A program made the translations under genes and the position numbers. A stretch of 64,000 bases of DNA from Candidatus Parcubacteria bacterium. GTDB lineage: Bacteria > Patescibacteriota > Minisyncoccia > Phycocordibacterales > JAKAEA01. Under the pieces are notes generated by a model. It had not been told where the DNA came from and ran no database searches. It saw nothing but the letters and a program-made list of their open reading frames with translations. This document shows, in pieces, positions 16,913 through 27,197 of the stretch. The stretch covers positions 1,126 to 65,125 of the forward strand of contig JAIFWI010000003.1 in the NCBI GenBank assembly GCA_019661945.1, read 5' to 3'. Position 1 is the stretch's first letter. The number at the start of each line of letters is the position of its first letter.

Positions 16913-18066
16913 AACGAATTTTAATTTTCTCCGTGGCCTATCATCCTTTTGTAGCAGGAGCGGAGGTTGCTGTCAAAGAAATTACCGACCGGCTTTCGCA
17001 TAAAGCTTCAGCTGGCGCAGTCGAACTTGAGTTTGACATGATTACCCTTAATCTCGATGGGAAACAAAAGTCTGAGGAGAAAATAGGTAATGTCATGGTT
17101 TACAGAATAGGCGGGAAGGGAAGAATTCATAAACTCCTTTTCCCTTTTACTGCATATTTCAAAGCTTCTAAATTGCATAAAAAGCTCACGTATGATGCGA
17201 TTTGGAGTATCATGGCTAGTTTTAGTGGTTTTGCTGCAGTCTTTTTTAAGATGAGTAATCCTAAAGTTTTTTTTATCTTAACTCTTCAAGAAGGTGATCC
17301 CATTTCCTATATTAAGAGACAAGTCTGGTTCGTATATCCATTATTTAGGCGAATATTTTGGAAGGCAGATCTTGTTCAAGCCATTTCAAACTATTTAGCA
17401 GATTTTGCTCGGAGTATGGGAACTCAGGCAAGGGTTGAGGTTATTCCCAATGGAGTTGATCTCAAGATATTTTTAATGAAAAACGATCATATTGAGGTAA
17501 AAAGTATTCGACAGGAGCTTGGTATTCAACCAGATGATAAAGTTCTCATAACCACTTCTCGATTGGAAGTAAAAAATGGAGTGAGAGATATTATTGAGAG
17601 TTTGAAATTTCTTCCTACGAACGTCAAATTAATTATTGTTGGCATTGGAACACTTGAGAGAAAATTAAAAGCCCAAGTAAAAACACTTGGTATTCAAGAC
17701 CGAGTAGTATTTCTTGGATTTAAAAATAATTCAGACTTGCCTAAATATCTTCATGCTGCTGATGTGTTTATCCGCCCATCACTTTCTGAGGGAATGGGTA
17801 TCTCCTTTATTGAAGCTATGGCTGCTGGCGTGCCGGTGGTAGCTACACCTGTCGGTGGTATTCCTGATTTTCTCAAAGATTGGCAAACCGGACTTTTCTG
17901 CGCGGTTGATGATCCGGAAAGCATTGCCGATCGTGTCAATATATTTCTTAAAGACTCAAAAGCTCGAACCGAAATCGTCCGCATTGCCCATACCCTCGTC
18001 ACTCAAAAATACGATTGGAGCCGCATTGCCGATGAGATGCGTAATAAAGTATTCTCCAAGATATAG
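16909..18066 (+). CDS. glycosyltransferase, GT4 family (GT-B fold)
   Basis: C-terminal EGMGISFIEAMAAGVPVVATPVGG matches the GT4 E-x7-E region. Confidence 0.8.
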   Translation: MKRILIFSVAYHPFVAGAEVAVKEITDRLSHKASAGAVELEFDMITLNLDGKQKSEEKIGNVMVYRIGGKGRIHKLLFPFTAYFKASKLHKKLTYDAIWSIMASFSGFAAVFFKMSNPKVFFILTLQEGDPISYIKRQVWFVYPLFRRIFWKADLVQAISNYLADFARSMGTQARVEVIPNGVDLKIFLMKNDHIEVKSIRQELGIQPDDKVLITTSRLEVKNGVRDIIESLKFLPTNVKLIIVGIGTLERKLKAQVKTLGIQDRVVFLGFKNNSDLPKYLHAADVFIRPSLSEGMGISFIEAMAAGVPVVATPVGGIPDFLKDWQTGLFCAVDDPESIADRVNIFLKDSKARTEIVRIAHTLVTQKYDWSRIADEMRNKVFSKI

Positions 18067-18087
18067 ATGATGTATAATTAAATTACT

Positions 18088-18447
18088 ATGAAAATTTCAA
18101 TCGCATTTATTGGTGCATTACTTGGATTACTCATTGGTATTTTAGTCAATGTTTTTGTACTTCTTCCTCTCATCGCATTTGGTGTTTTACCTTTTTCACA
18201 AATTTTCGAAAATGGAAATGCAATAATTGGTGGATTTATTGGTGTCGTGGCAGTTTTTATAGTGCTTGGTTTTTTTATCGGTTCGAGAATTGATAAAAGG
18301 AGAAGTGGAAATCAATCGGGTACTTCTTTAGTAACAGAAAGTAGTGGTTCCCATTTGGTCCGGATAATCATTACACTTATAATTATCGCTGCGCTTATGT
18401 ACCTTGTTCTTATGTGGTCTGTGGGCAATTCATCCATATATAGGTAA
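18088..18447 (+). CDS. hypothetical membrane protein (119 aa)
   Basis: Several hydrophobic helices. It lies within the GT operon. Confidence 0.45.
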   Translation: MKISIAFIGALLGLLIGILVNVFVLLPLIAFGVLPFSQIFENGNAIIGGFIGVVAVFIVLGFFIGSRIDKRRSGNQSGTSLVTESSGSHLVRIIITLIIIAALMYLVLMWSVGNSSIYR

Positions 18448-18498
18448 TTGGTAAAAAAGGTTCTTTATTATTCCTCCAACCTACGATATGCTTAGCAC

Positions 18499-19644
18499 AT
18501 GAGAATTCTCATAGCTACCGGCATATTCAAGCCCGAACCTGGTGGGCCGGCGACGTATTCGGCTGAGTTGGCCAAGCGGCTCCATACCTCAGGGCACAAT
18601 GTTGCTCTGATTACCTATTCCAATATTGCCTGGCATGAGCTCGATATGGGCTATCAGTTCCATATTACCCGAATTGTTCGAAGCGGCGGCAAATTACGAA
18701 ATTATTTCAACTATTTTCGGGAAGTTTATCGTCAGATGAAAGATAAAGATGTCATTTATACACTCGATTGGTTTTCAGCAGGATTGCCAGTGATGATTGC
18801 AGCTTGGCTCGGCAAGAAAAAATATATTGTCAGAGTTGGCGGCGGTTATATTTGGGAAAAATATTTAGCGCAGGGCAGACCGCCAATTACTCTGACAGAA
18901 TTCTACGAAAGAAAAAAGTATCGAAGATATTGGATTATGTTTGTGCTTATCCGGATGGTCTTACATCGCGCTGCTCATGTCGTTTTCAACTCCGATGAAC
19001 AGCGTGAGCTTTATGAGAAGTATTATAAACTTCCTCCATCAAAGACATCTACGATTTTCAATCCGGTGCCAGAAAGTAAATTAGGCACATTAGTCAAAAC
19101 ATATAAAAACGATTATACAAACCGCGATAAAGAAATTGTGTTTGTCGGCCGATTCATTAAAATGAAAAATGTCGAATCGGCCGTTAAGGCATTTGCCAAA
19201 CTGACTGATCCAACGTTCAAACTTGTGCTCATCGGCGAAGGTCCAACTGAACCGATTCTAAGAAACCTTGTCAGGGAATTGAGGCTTGAAGATCGGGTGG
19301 AATTTATACCGACCATGGCTCAAAAAGATCTGTATCGCAGAATTGCCAATTGCTCGTACTTTATTTTGCCAAGTTGGACTGATATTTCACCAAATCAAAT
19401 TTACGAATGTATGGCTTTCGGTATTCCATTTCTTTTGACCCAAGAAAATTATTTGAGCATCAATAAGTATAATTTCTTAAAGATAGATCCGAAATCTGTT
19501 GATGATATTGCTGAGAAAATGAACCGGCTGCTCGATCCAAAACAATACGCTGCTTTTGTCGAGTCTCTGTCGCATATATCAGTGACCAATTCCTGGAGCC
19601 ATGTTGTCCTTGAACATTTAAAACTTTTCCATGAATATTCTTAG
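18499..19644 (+). CDS. glycosyltransferase, GT4 family
   Basis: The N-terminus has a GGP-type motif (KPEPGGPATY). The C-terminal domain is GT-B-like. Confidence 0.75.
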   Translation: MRILIATGIFKPEPGGPATYSAELAKRLHTSGHNVALITYSNIAWHELDMGYQFHITRIVRSGGKLRNYFNYFREVYRQMKDKDVIYTLDWFSAGLPVMIAAWLGKKKYIVRVGGGYIWEKYLAQGRPPITLTEFYERKKYRRYWIMFVLIRMVLHRAAHVVFNSDEQRELYEKYYKLPPSKTSTIFNPVPESKLGTLVKTYKNDYTNRDKEIVFVGRFIKMKNVESAVKAFAKLTDPTFKLVLIGEGPTEPILRNLVRELRLEDRVEFIPTMAQKDLYRRIANCSYFILPSWTDISPNQIYECMAFGIPFLLTQENYLSINKYNFLKIDPKSVDDIAEKMNRLLDPKQYAAFVESLSHISVTNSWSHVVLEHLKLFHEYS

Positions 19645-20776
19645 CATTGGCACTGATCGAAAATTATTTGTAGATGGAAGCGCTGTCCGGGAACGCACAG
19701 CGGAGTACGGCAGGCTTTTTGATGAATTGCACATTATCGTTTTTGCTAAACGCTCACTGCATCTCGAGCCTTTTTTGATTGCACCAAATATCTGGGTGTA
19801 TCCGACTAATTCTAGTTCAAGATTTTTATACATGCGTGATGCCCGAAGAATTGCGAAGCATATAGCAGCAGAGCGGAAATATACCCAAGCAAACACTGTC
19901 ATAACCGTTCAGGATCCATTTGAAACAGGCAAGGTTGGGCTTTATTTGAAAAAGACATTGGGCTTGTCGCTTCAGGTTCAAATTCATACCGATCTCTACA
20001 GCTCCTATTTTAAGAAAGGGGCACTCTTAAATCGTTTACGTCTCTACTGGGCACAAAAGATTTTGCCTCAGGCTGACGAAATTCGAGTTGTCTCTAAGCG
20101 CATTAAGGAATCATTGCTAAAGCGAGGTATAGCTCCGGATAAAATTGATGTGCTGCCTATTTACACAGCTGTGCCTGTTTCCCAAGCTCAATCTGATGCT
20201 CCCTCAAAATATCCTCAGTTTAATTTTAGAATACTGATGGTTGGTCGATTAACTCAAGAAAAGAATATTGCTTTTGCGTTAGCTGTGTTTAAGGATCTTC
20301 TTAAGAAATATCCTAAAGCAGGTCTCATTATCGTCGGCGAAGGTCCTGAAAAACAGACATTAATGTATCTGGCTCAAAAGCTCAATATAGCTTCATCAGT
20401 TGTCTTCGAGCCATGGCAGCAAGATCTTTCTTCTTTTTATAATTCATCTGAGATTTTCCTACATACCTCACTATATGAAGGATATGGCTTGGTATTAATT
20501 GAGGCCGGACTTGCCGGCATGCCAATCGTTACTTCAGATGTCGGTATCGCTGATGAAATATTAAAAGACGGTATTAATGCTCTGATATATCCTGTTAATG
20601 ATAAGAACAGCTGTCTTCGAAAAATTATGAGGATTCTTGAGAATAACCACATTCGTCATCAATTTAAAATGCGTCTTAGCGAAGATTTACCCAAGGTACT
20701 TCTTAGAGATAAAGAGCAGTATGTGAAGCACTACAGTCAGCTTTTAGAAAAAGCCCATAAGCAGTATCATCAATAA
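19631..20776 (+). CDS. glycosyltransferase, GT4 family
   Basis: EGYGLVLIEAGLAGMPIVTSDVG GT4 motif. It overlaps its neighbours by a few nt, indicating an operon. Confidence 0.8.
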   Translation: MNILSIGTDRKLFVDGSAVRERTAEYGRLFDELHIIVFAKRSLHLEPFLIAPNIWVYPTNSSSRFLYMRDARRIAKHIAAERKYTQANTVITVQDPFETGKVGLYLKKTLGLSLQVQIHTDLYSSYFKKGALLNRLRLYWAQKILPQADEIRVVSKRIKESLLKRGIAPDKIDVLPIYTAVPVSQAQSDAPSKYPQFNFRILMVGRLTQEKNIAFALAVFKDLLKKYPKAGLIIVGEGPEKQTLMYLAQKLNIASSVVFEPWQQDLSSFYNSSEIFLHTSLYEGYGLVLIEAGLAGMPIVTSDVGIADEILKDGINALIYPVNDKNSCLRKIMRILENNHIRHQFKMRLSEDLPKVLLRDKEQYVKHYSQLLEKAHKQYHQ

Positions 20777-20777
20777 T

Positions 20778-21818
20778 ATGCATGTATTAGTTATTACTCA
20801 GAAAGTTGATAGAAATGACTCAAACCTAGGATTTTTTCACCGTTGGCTTGAAGAATTCTCACGACAGGCTGATATGGTCACTGTCATCTGTCTCGAAGAA
20901 GGCCAGCATGAATTTAGTCATCGGGTACGAGTACTTTCATTAGGCAAAGAGCATGGCCAATCACGGTTCAAATATCTTTGGCGATTCTACCGATATATCT
21001 GGAAAGAAAGAAAAATGTATGATGCCGTGTTTGTTCACATGAATCCCGAATATATTGTATTGGGTGGACTATTGTGGAGAATGATGGGTAAGAAAATCGT
21101 ATTATGGTACACACATAAAAGCGTCGACCTTAAACTTAGAATTGCAGAGAAACTTTCCAATAAAATATTTTCTTCATCGAAAGAAAGTTTTCGGATCGCA
21201 AGCCCAAAGGTTTCATTTTTAGGCCATGGCATTACTACGCATGATTTCCCATTTAAAGCAAAAACTCCACATGATGTATGTACTATCCTTCACGTTGGTA
21301 GAATTAGTCACATTAAAAACTGTGAAATACTTATTGAGGCAGCACACATACTTACAAAGTCTCTTAACAAAAAAATAAAAGTCATCTTTATTGGTGAGCC
21401 TATAAAAACTGAGGACAAGATCTACAAGGAAAATCTGCTGAAGCTTATTGAAAAGTATAATCTTAATGATATTGTTCACTTTGCTGGCTCTGTGCCAAAT
21501 AGAGATATTAAAAATCACTATTACAAGGCTGATGTTACAGTCAATCTTTCACCGACAGGGGGTATGGATAAGGCTGTCCTTGAATCGTGGGCAACAGGTA
21601 CACCGGTGGTGCTCTTTAATGAAGCTTTTAATACATTTCTCGGCACCTACAAAAAGGATGTACTGTGTCACTATCAGGATTCTGCAGATGTAGCTCAAAA
21701 AATAACACACATCGCTCTACATCCTAATTCTGGGATGGTACATGAATTGAGTAAAAAGGTCGCACAAGAATTCTCACTTGAAAAACTTATTACGACCCTA
21801 TGTCAGGCGCTTCAATAA
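20778..21818 (+). CDS. glycosyltransferase, GT4-like
   Basis: GT-B architecture. GGMDKAVLESWATGTPVV resembles the GT4 C-terminal motif. Confidence 0.7.
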   Translation: MHVLVITQKVDRNDSNLGFFHRWLEEFSRQADMVTVICLEEGQHEFSHRVRVLSLGKEHGQSRFKYLWRFYRYIWKERKMYDAVFVHMNPEYIVLGGLLWRMMGKKIVLWYTHKSVDLKLRIAEKLSNKIFSSSKESFRIASPKVSFLGHGITTHDFPFKAKTPHDVCTILHVGRISHIKNCEILIEAAHILTKSLNKKIKVIFIGEPIKTEDKIYKENLLKLIEKYNLNDIVHFAGSVPNRDIKNHYYKADVTVNLSPTGGMDKAVLESWATGTPVVLFNEAFNTFLGTYKKDVLCHYQDSADVAQKITHIALHPNSGMVHELSKKVAQEFSLEKLITTLCQALQ

Positions 21819-22879
21819 AAACCATTTGCTTTTTTGGTATTTATGACAAAGACTATTCTCGAAATCGAGTTTTAGCCCGAGGTTTTGGTGAAAATGGTAT
21901 TGAGGTTATTCATTGTTCCGTAAATCCACGCGAAGTTCGAGGCATAAGAAAATATTGGAAATTGTTCAGGGAAGCCAGAAACATTAAAAGGAGATCATGT
22001 GATGCAATCTTAGTAGCATATCCAGGGCATACCGTTGTCTGGCTAGCAAGAATTATTTTCCCGCGCCAGCTCATTATTTTTGATGCATTTTTGTCTCTGT
22101 ATGATTCAAATGTATTTGATCGACAGGTGTATAAGCCATGGAGCCTCCGAGCGCGCAGAGATTATTTCTTAGATTGGTATAGTGTTCGATTGGCACATCA
22201 TGTACTTCTTGATACCCATGAGCATATCGCATATTTCATCGCGCATTATGGAGGCAATTCAGGTAAATATATTCGTGTTCCAATCGGAGCCGATGAAACC
22301 GTTTTTTACCCGCGGCAGCGCAGATCGCCCCAAGTAGGTCTGACCGTGCATTTTCACGGAAATTTTATTCCACTTCAGGGTGTAAAATATATAATCGAAG
22401 CCGCTCAGTTTTTGGAGGATGAGCATGTTATCTTTTCGCTTATTGGCTCCGGTCAGGATTTCAAAGAAATTCAAAAGATAATTCACGAAAAGCAGCTTGA
22501 GCGTACAGTTATCCTTCATGGTAAAAAATCACTTGAGGAGATACCCCAATTTATTTCGAATGCTGATATTTGTCTCGGTATTTTCGGAAATACTGAGAAA
22601 ACCCAGAGAGTTATACCTAATAAGGTTTATGAATATATGGCTATGGAAAAGCCTATTATTACCGCAGATACTGCCTCGATTCGAGAGCTTTTAACAGACG
22701 GGAAGAATGTGGTATTGTGTAAGGCAGCTGATCCTGAAGACTTGGCCCGTAAAATCATACTGCTCAAGGGGAATACTCTTCTTGCTCATACGATCGCAAC
22801 CGCAAGTCATCATTTGTTTAAGACATATCTGACATCAGCCGAAATTACTAAATCATTACTTCAGGAACTTCGTATATGA
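21800..22879 (+). CDS. glycosyltransferase, GT-B fold (GT4/GT1-like)
   Basis: C-terminal nucleotide-sugar-binding-like region (EKPIITADTASIRELL). The family assignment is weaker. Confidence 0.6.
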   Translation: MSGASIKTICFFGIYDKDYSRNRVLARGFGENGIEVIHCSVNPREVRGIRKYWKLFREARNIKRRSCDAILVAYPGHTVVWLARIIFPRQLIIFDAFLSLYDSNVFDRQVYKPWSLRARRDYFLDWYSVRLAHHVLLDTHEHIAYFIAHYGGNSGKYIRVPIGADETVFYPRQRRSPQVGLTVHFHGNFIPLQGVKYIIEAAQFLEDEHVIFSLIGSGQDFKEIQKIIHEKQLERTVILHGKKSLEEIPQFISNADICLGIFGNTEKTQRVIPNKVYEYMAMEKPIITADTASIRELLTDGKNVVLCKAADPEDLARKIILLKGNTLLAHTIATASHHLFKTYLTSAEITKSLLQELRI

Positions 22880-23874
22880 AAAAGCATACTATTCTGGTCA
22901 CTGGCGGAGCTGGTTTTATCGGTTCGCATGTAGTAGATGAACTTATAAAAAGCGGGCATCGTGTTGTTGTTCTCGATGATCTTTCGGGAGGATACAAGGA
23001 AAATGTTAATCTTAAAGCTCAATTTGTGAAAGGCCGTATTACCGATAATCGACTTATTAATAAGCTATTCAAGAAACATTCTTTTGAATACGTTTTTCAT
23101 ATAGCGGCATATGCTGCAGAGGGATTAAGTCACTTTATTCGAAAGTTTAATTATGAAAATAACCTCATCGGCAGTATAAACATCATTAACGCATCGATAA
23201 ATCATAAAGTTCGATGTCTGGTATTTACATCATCAATTGCAGTCTATGGAGCAAATCAGTTACCGATGCATGAAGATATGACACCAACTCCAGAAGATCC
23301 CTATGGAATTGCAAAACTGACGGTTGAACAGGATCTTAAGGCAGCCCATGAAATGTTCGGTCTTAATTCTATAGTATTTCGTCCCCACAATGTCTATGGT
23401 GAACGCCAAAACATTGCTGACCGGTATAGAAATGTCTTGGGTATTTTTATGAATCAAATAAGACATCGTAAGCCACTCAGCATATTTGGTGATGGTAAGC
23501 AGCAAAGAGCTTTCACTCATATTGCCGATTTGGCACCAGTTATTGCAGAATCAATTTTCAAACCTAAAGCCTTCAATCAAGTATTTAACATTGGCGCCGA
23601 CAAGCCCCATACAATTAATGAGCTTATTACTATTATTGGCAAAGCGTTTGGAATAGCTTCACCTAAGGTAAAATATTTTCCTGCCCGAAATGAGGTGAGA
23701 CAAGCATATGCTGATCACTCAAAAGCAAAAAAAATTCTTGGATATAAAGATGCAATCAGTTTAGAAGATGGAGTAACCCGTATGGCTGCATGGGTTAGGC
23801 AACAAGGTGTACCCATGAGCAAAAAATTCAAAAATATAGAGATTCAAGAAAATCTTCCTTCAGCTTGGAAATAA
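22876..23874 (+). CDS. NAD-dependent epimerase/dehydratase (extended SDR; UDP-sugar 4-epimerase-like)
   Basis: TGGAGFIGSH Rossmann motif, with a catalytic YxxxK-like region further along. Confidence 0.8.
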   Translation: MKKHTILVTGGAGFIGSHVVDELIKSGHRVVVLDDLSGGYKENVNLKAQFVKGRITDNRLINKLFKKHSFEYVFHIAAYAAEGLSHFIRKFNYENNLIGSINIINASINHKVRCLVFTSSIAVYGANQLPMHEDMTPTPEDPYGIAKLTVEQDLKAAHEMFGLNSIVFRPHNVYGERQNIADRYRNVLGIFMNQIRHRKPLSIFGDGKQQRAFTHIADLAPVIAESIFKPKAFNQVFNIGADKPHTINELITIIGKAFGIASPKVKYFPARNEVRQAYADHSKAKKILGYKDAISLEDGVTRMAAWVRQQGVPMSKKFKNIEIQENLPSAWK

Positions 23875-23875
23875 T

Positions 23876-24556
23876 ATGTTTTACTTTTCAAATTCAGGTA
23901 AGCGTGGATTTACCAATATTACCGCTGTTGATTATGATGCATATTGGAAAGAACGAGGTTTCAAAATAAATGAAAAGCTTAAGGAGCGGGAAGTCATCAT
24001 TCTAAATGAAATTCCGGCACATGCAAAAGTCTTAGATATTGGTTGCGGCAACTCTCTCTTGCCTGTAAGGCTCAAAGAAAAAGGATGTGATGTAACTGTT
24101 GCAGATATTTCGACAGTAGTTCTTAATGAATATAAAAAGATAGGGTTCAAGACATTACATATCCATCTTGAAGATACGGCTCATCTCCAATTTGCTTCAC
24201 CATTTGATTACATTATTATGAGTGAAGTTCTTGAGCACACTCGAAATCCTGAAGAGATCTTAACTGCTTTGAGACCCTATACTCGAACATTCGTCCTGAC
24301 TATTCCAAATAGTGCATTTTATCGATACCGATTTCACCTCATGTTTACCGGCACATTTATTCGTCAGTGGGTTCATCATCCTGGAGAGCATTTGAGATAT
24401 TGGTCGCATACTGATTTTCTAGCATGGCTCAATGCTTTTAATTTTAACGTTAAAAAAGCTGTCGCTTCCAATGGTTTTGATAGTATGGGTATCCCTTTTT
24501 ATACCTATTTCCCAAATCTTTTTGGGCACCAAATATGTTACTTTGTAGAAACATAA
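23876..24556 (+). CDS. class I SAM-dependent methyltransferase
   Basis: VLDIGCGNS motif I. Confidence 0.7.
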   Translation: MFYFSNSGKRGFTNITAVDYDAYWKERGFKINEKLKEREVIILNEIPAHAKVLDIGCGNSLLPVRLKEKGCDVTVADISTVVLNEYKKIGFKTLHIHLEDTAHLQFASPFDYIIMSEVLEHTRNPEEILTALRPYTRTFVLTIPNSAFYRYRFHLMFTGTFIRQWVHHPGEHLRYWSHTDFLAWLNAFNFNVKKAVASNGFDSMGIPFYTYFPNLFGHQICYFVET

Positions 24557-24565
24557 AAATCCGCT

Positions 24566-25690
24566 ATGAATATTTCCTACATTGCACATATTAGACTTCC
24601 AACGGAGAAGGCTCATGGTATTCAAACTATGAATACTTGTTATAGTTTGGGAACTAAAGGTGCTCATGTCGAATTGGCTATTCCTACTCGACGGAATACG
24701 ATTGATGAAGATCCCTTTACGTATTATGGTCTTAAAAAGAATTTCAAAATCAGGAGACTTTTTTCACCTGATTTGATCCGTTTAGGCATGTGGGGCTATC
24801 GCTTACAGCATGCCTTGTTTATTTTTTCTGCGATAGTATATGGGTTAAGAACTCGATCTGATATATATTATTCACGCGATGAAGTTATCCTCTTATTTCT
24901 CCGGTTTACCGGTAAACGTGTTGTCTGGGAAACCCATGAAGGGCGGTATACATTCCTTAGCCGAATTATTCTTAAGTACATAACGGGTGTGGTGTGTATT
25001 AGTAAGGGTTTACAGCAGTTTTATCAAGAAAAAGGAGTACCTGCCTCGAAGATATGTGTCGCCCATGACGCTGTCGATATAGCTAAATTTAATCTTTCGA
25101 TACGACAGCAGGAAGCTCGTGAGAAAGTTAATCTGCCAACTTATAAGAAAATAGTCACCTATACCGGGAGTCTCTATCTATACAAATGGAAGGGAGTAAA
25201 TGTATTACTTGATGCTGCAAAAAAATTGAATGATGATTATATCACCGTCTTGGTTGGAGGTAGTAAAAAAGAGATTGCCGCAATTAAAGAAAAATATCCT
25301 AGCAATACTATCATCTGTACTGGTCATCGGCCGCATAATGATATTCCATACTATCTTAAAGCTTCTGATGTCTTAGTTATTCCAAATCAGAAAGGTGATA
25401 TTATATCTGAACGTTTTACGTCCCCAATGAAATTGTTTGAATATATGGCCAGTGGCGTACCTATCGTTGCTTCACAGCTGCCTTCTCTCGAGGAAATTCT
25501 CTCATCGCATAATTCGGTATTAGTTCAATCTGATAATGTCCAAGCCTTGGCCGATGCTATCAAGCATATAACAACGGATCCCTTATTTGCGGAGGATATT
25601 CAAAGACAGGCGCTTCGAGATGTACACCAATATACCTGGGATCATCGAGCTGATGTTATATATTCTTTTCTGAAAACATGTATTTCATAA
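24566..25690 (+). CDS. glycosyltransferase, GT4 family
   Basis: GT-B architecture. The C-terminal motif EYMASGVPIVAS is GT4-like. Confidence 0.75.
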   Translation: MNISYIAHIRLPTEKAHGIQTMNTCYSLGTKGAHVELAIPTRRNTIDEDPFTYYGLKKNFKIRRLFSPDLIRLGMWGYRLQHALFIFSAIVYGLRTRSDIYYSRDEVILLFLRFTGKRVVWETHEGRYTFLSRIILKYITGVVCISKGLQQFYQEKGVPASKICVAHDAVDIAKFNLSIRQQEAREKVNLPTYKKIVTYTGSLYLYKWKGVNVLLDAAKKLNDDYITVLVGGSKKEIAAIKEKYPSNTIICTGHRPHNDIPYYLKASDVLVIPNQKGDIISERFTSPMKLFEYMASGVPIVASQLPSLEEILSSHNSVLVQSDNVQALADAIKHITTDPLFAEDIQRQALRDVHQYTWDHRADVIYSFLKTCIS

Positions 25691-26472
25691 AAAAATTGTA
25701 TTCCGATATAGTGTTTGCATTGCTCTATGGAGCGACATTTTTCTCTAAAGTAAAAATAGTAGCAGCCTCATTTCTATTTCCATTTAAAAGAATATTTAAA
25801 CTCACTAAGCCCAAAGCAATTCTGGTTACCCTGAAGGTCCTCGGAAAAGTCTTTCACTTTTACATTACAGATAGTTCTGATCTTGCTGTCTTAAAAGAAG
25901 TCTTTCTTTACAAAGAATATGTAGTTCCAGAAAAAGATCAACCTCACATTATTTTTGATATAGGAAGTCATGTCGGCGTAGCTGCATTATATTTCCATCT
26001 CATCTACCCTCAAGCAAAAATATTTGCCTTTGAACCTGATCCACAAACGTTTCGTAAGTTAGAGCAGAATACTAAACAGTTTCCGGAAATTCAGCCATTC
26101 AACATGGCTTTGAGTAACAAGGAGGGAATAAGTAAGTTCTTCATCTATCCCGGTAGTACTATTTCATCATCACTTATAAAAAGACAAGATAATCAAAAAA
26201 GTATTATGGTGCCGATTAGAACTTTAGAATCTGTCATGAAGCAAAACACGGTATCATCCATTGATCTTATAAAGTTTGACGTTGAAGGTTCTGAGTATGA
26301 ACTGCTTAGGGATTTTATTGGAAAATATAAGCCCAAAATGCTTATCGGTGAGGTACATCTGGACCTCATGTCTGTACCCGAGCAGAGATTTATTGATATG
26401 TTTAACGGATATACTATTATAAAGAAACCGATTAATAAGTATCGATACATTATTAATGTAACTCAATCATGA
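25678..26472 (+). CDS. FkbM-family methyltransferase
   Basis: IIFDIGSHVGVAALYF...FAFEPDPQTF is typical of FkbM-type SAM methyltransferases. Confidence 0.7.
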   Translation: MYFIKKLYSDIVFALLYGATFFSKVKIVAASFLFPFKRIFKLTKPKAILVTLKVLGKVFHFYITDSSDLAVLKEVFLYKEYVVPEKDQPHIIFDIGSHVGVAALYFHLIYPQAKIFAFEPDPQTFRKLEQNTKQFPEIQPFNMALSNKEGISKFFIYPGSTISSSLIKRQDNQKSIMVPIRTLESVMKQNTVSSIDLIKFDVEGSEYELLRDFIGKYKPKMLIGEVHLDLMSVPEQRFIDMFNGYTIIKKPINKYRYIINVTQS

Positions 26473-27197
26473 ATATTAAAGATACTAATTTTTTCAATAA
26501 AGAAAGCTTGATATATTCAGAAAAAAGATATCCGGCCATTGCTAAGAGCTACACCCAATTTTTCTTTAAGGAACGTCTGAGGCTTACCCTTAGTATTTTG
26601 AAAAGGATAACAATAGAAAAAAAAGATCTTTCTCTTTTAGAGATTGGTTGCGCCGACGGTGTTGTTTTAAAAGAAATACAGGCTACACTTCCTGGCACAT
26701 TCTCTAGTTCGATTGGTATCGACATTTCACCTGAAATGATTAGAACTGCAGAGGAGAAATACGGCAGTACAGGCATTGTGTTTAAGGACAGGGCAATATA
26801 TTCGGATACTACCAGGAAAGATTGTATTATTGAAATTGGGGTTATTAATTATGCCTCATTGAATGAAGAGCTTGATTACATATTTTCACATCTTGATAAT
26901 AACGGTATTGCCATAATTTCTTTAGCCGGCACCGGTTCGTTGTGGGATAGAAGAAGAAAGACTGCCGCAGGATTTAAGACATTCCTATCATACCAAGAGT
27001 ATGAAAAGGCTATTACGCAGAAATTTACTATAGTCCAGAGCCTTCCTGTTGGTTTGCCCATACCGCTTATCTGGAAAGCTCCGTTTGTAGGACGTATTAT
27101 CGAGTCTAGTGTAGAAAAAATAGCACGGCCACTTGTACCCAGCCTTTTTCACGAAAAGATTTACATTCTTAAACTCGCACCCAAGAATCAGGAATAA
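26469..27197 (+). CDS. class I SAM-dependent methyltransferase
   Basis: LLEIGCADGVV motif I. Confidence 0.65.
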   Translation: MNIKDTNFFNKESLIYSEKRYPAIAKSYTQFFFKERLRLTLSILKRITIEKKDLSLLEIGCADGVVLKEIQATLPGTFSSSIGIDISPEMIRTAEEKYGSTGIVFKDRAIYSDTTRKDCIIEIGVINYASLNEELDYIFSHLDNNGIAIISLAGTGSLWDRRRKTAAGFKTFLSYQEYEKAITQKFTIVQSLPVGLPIPLIWKAPFVGRIIESSVEKIARPLVPSLFHEKIYILKLAPKNQE

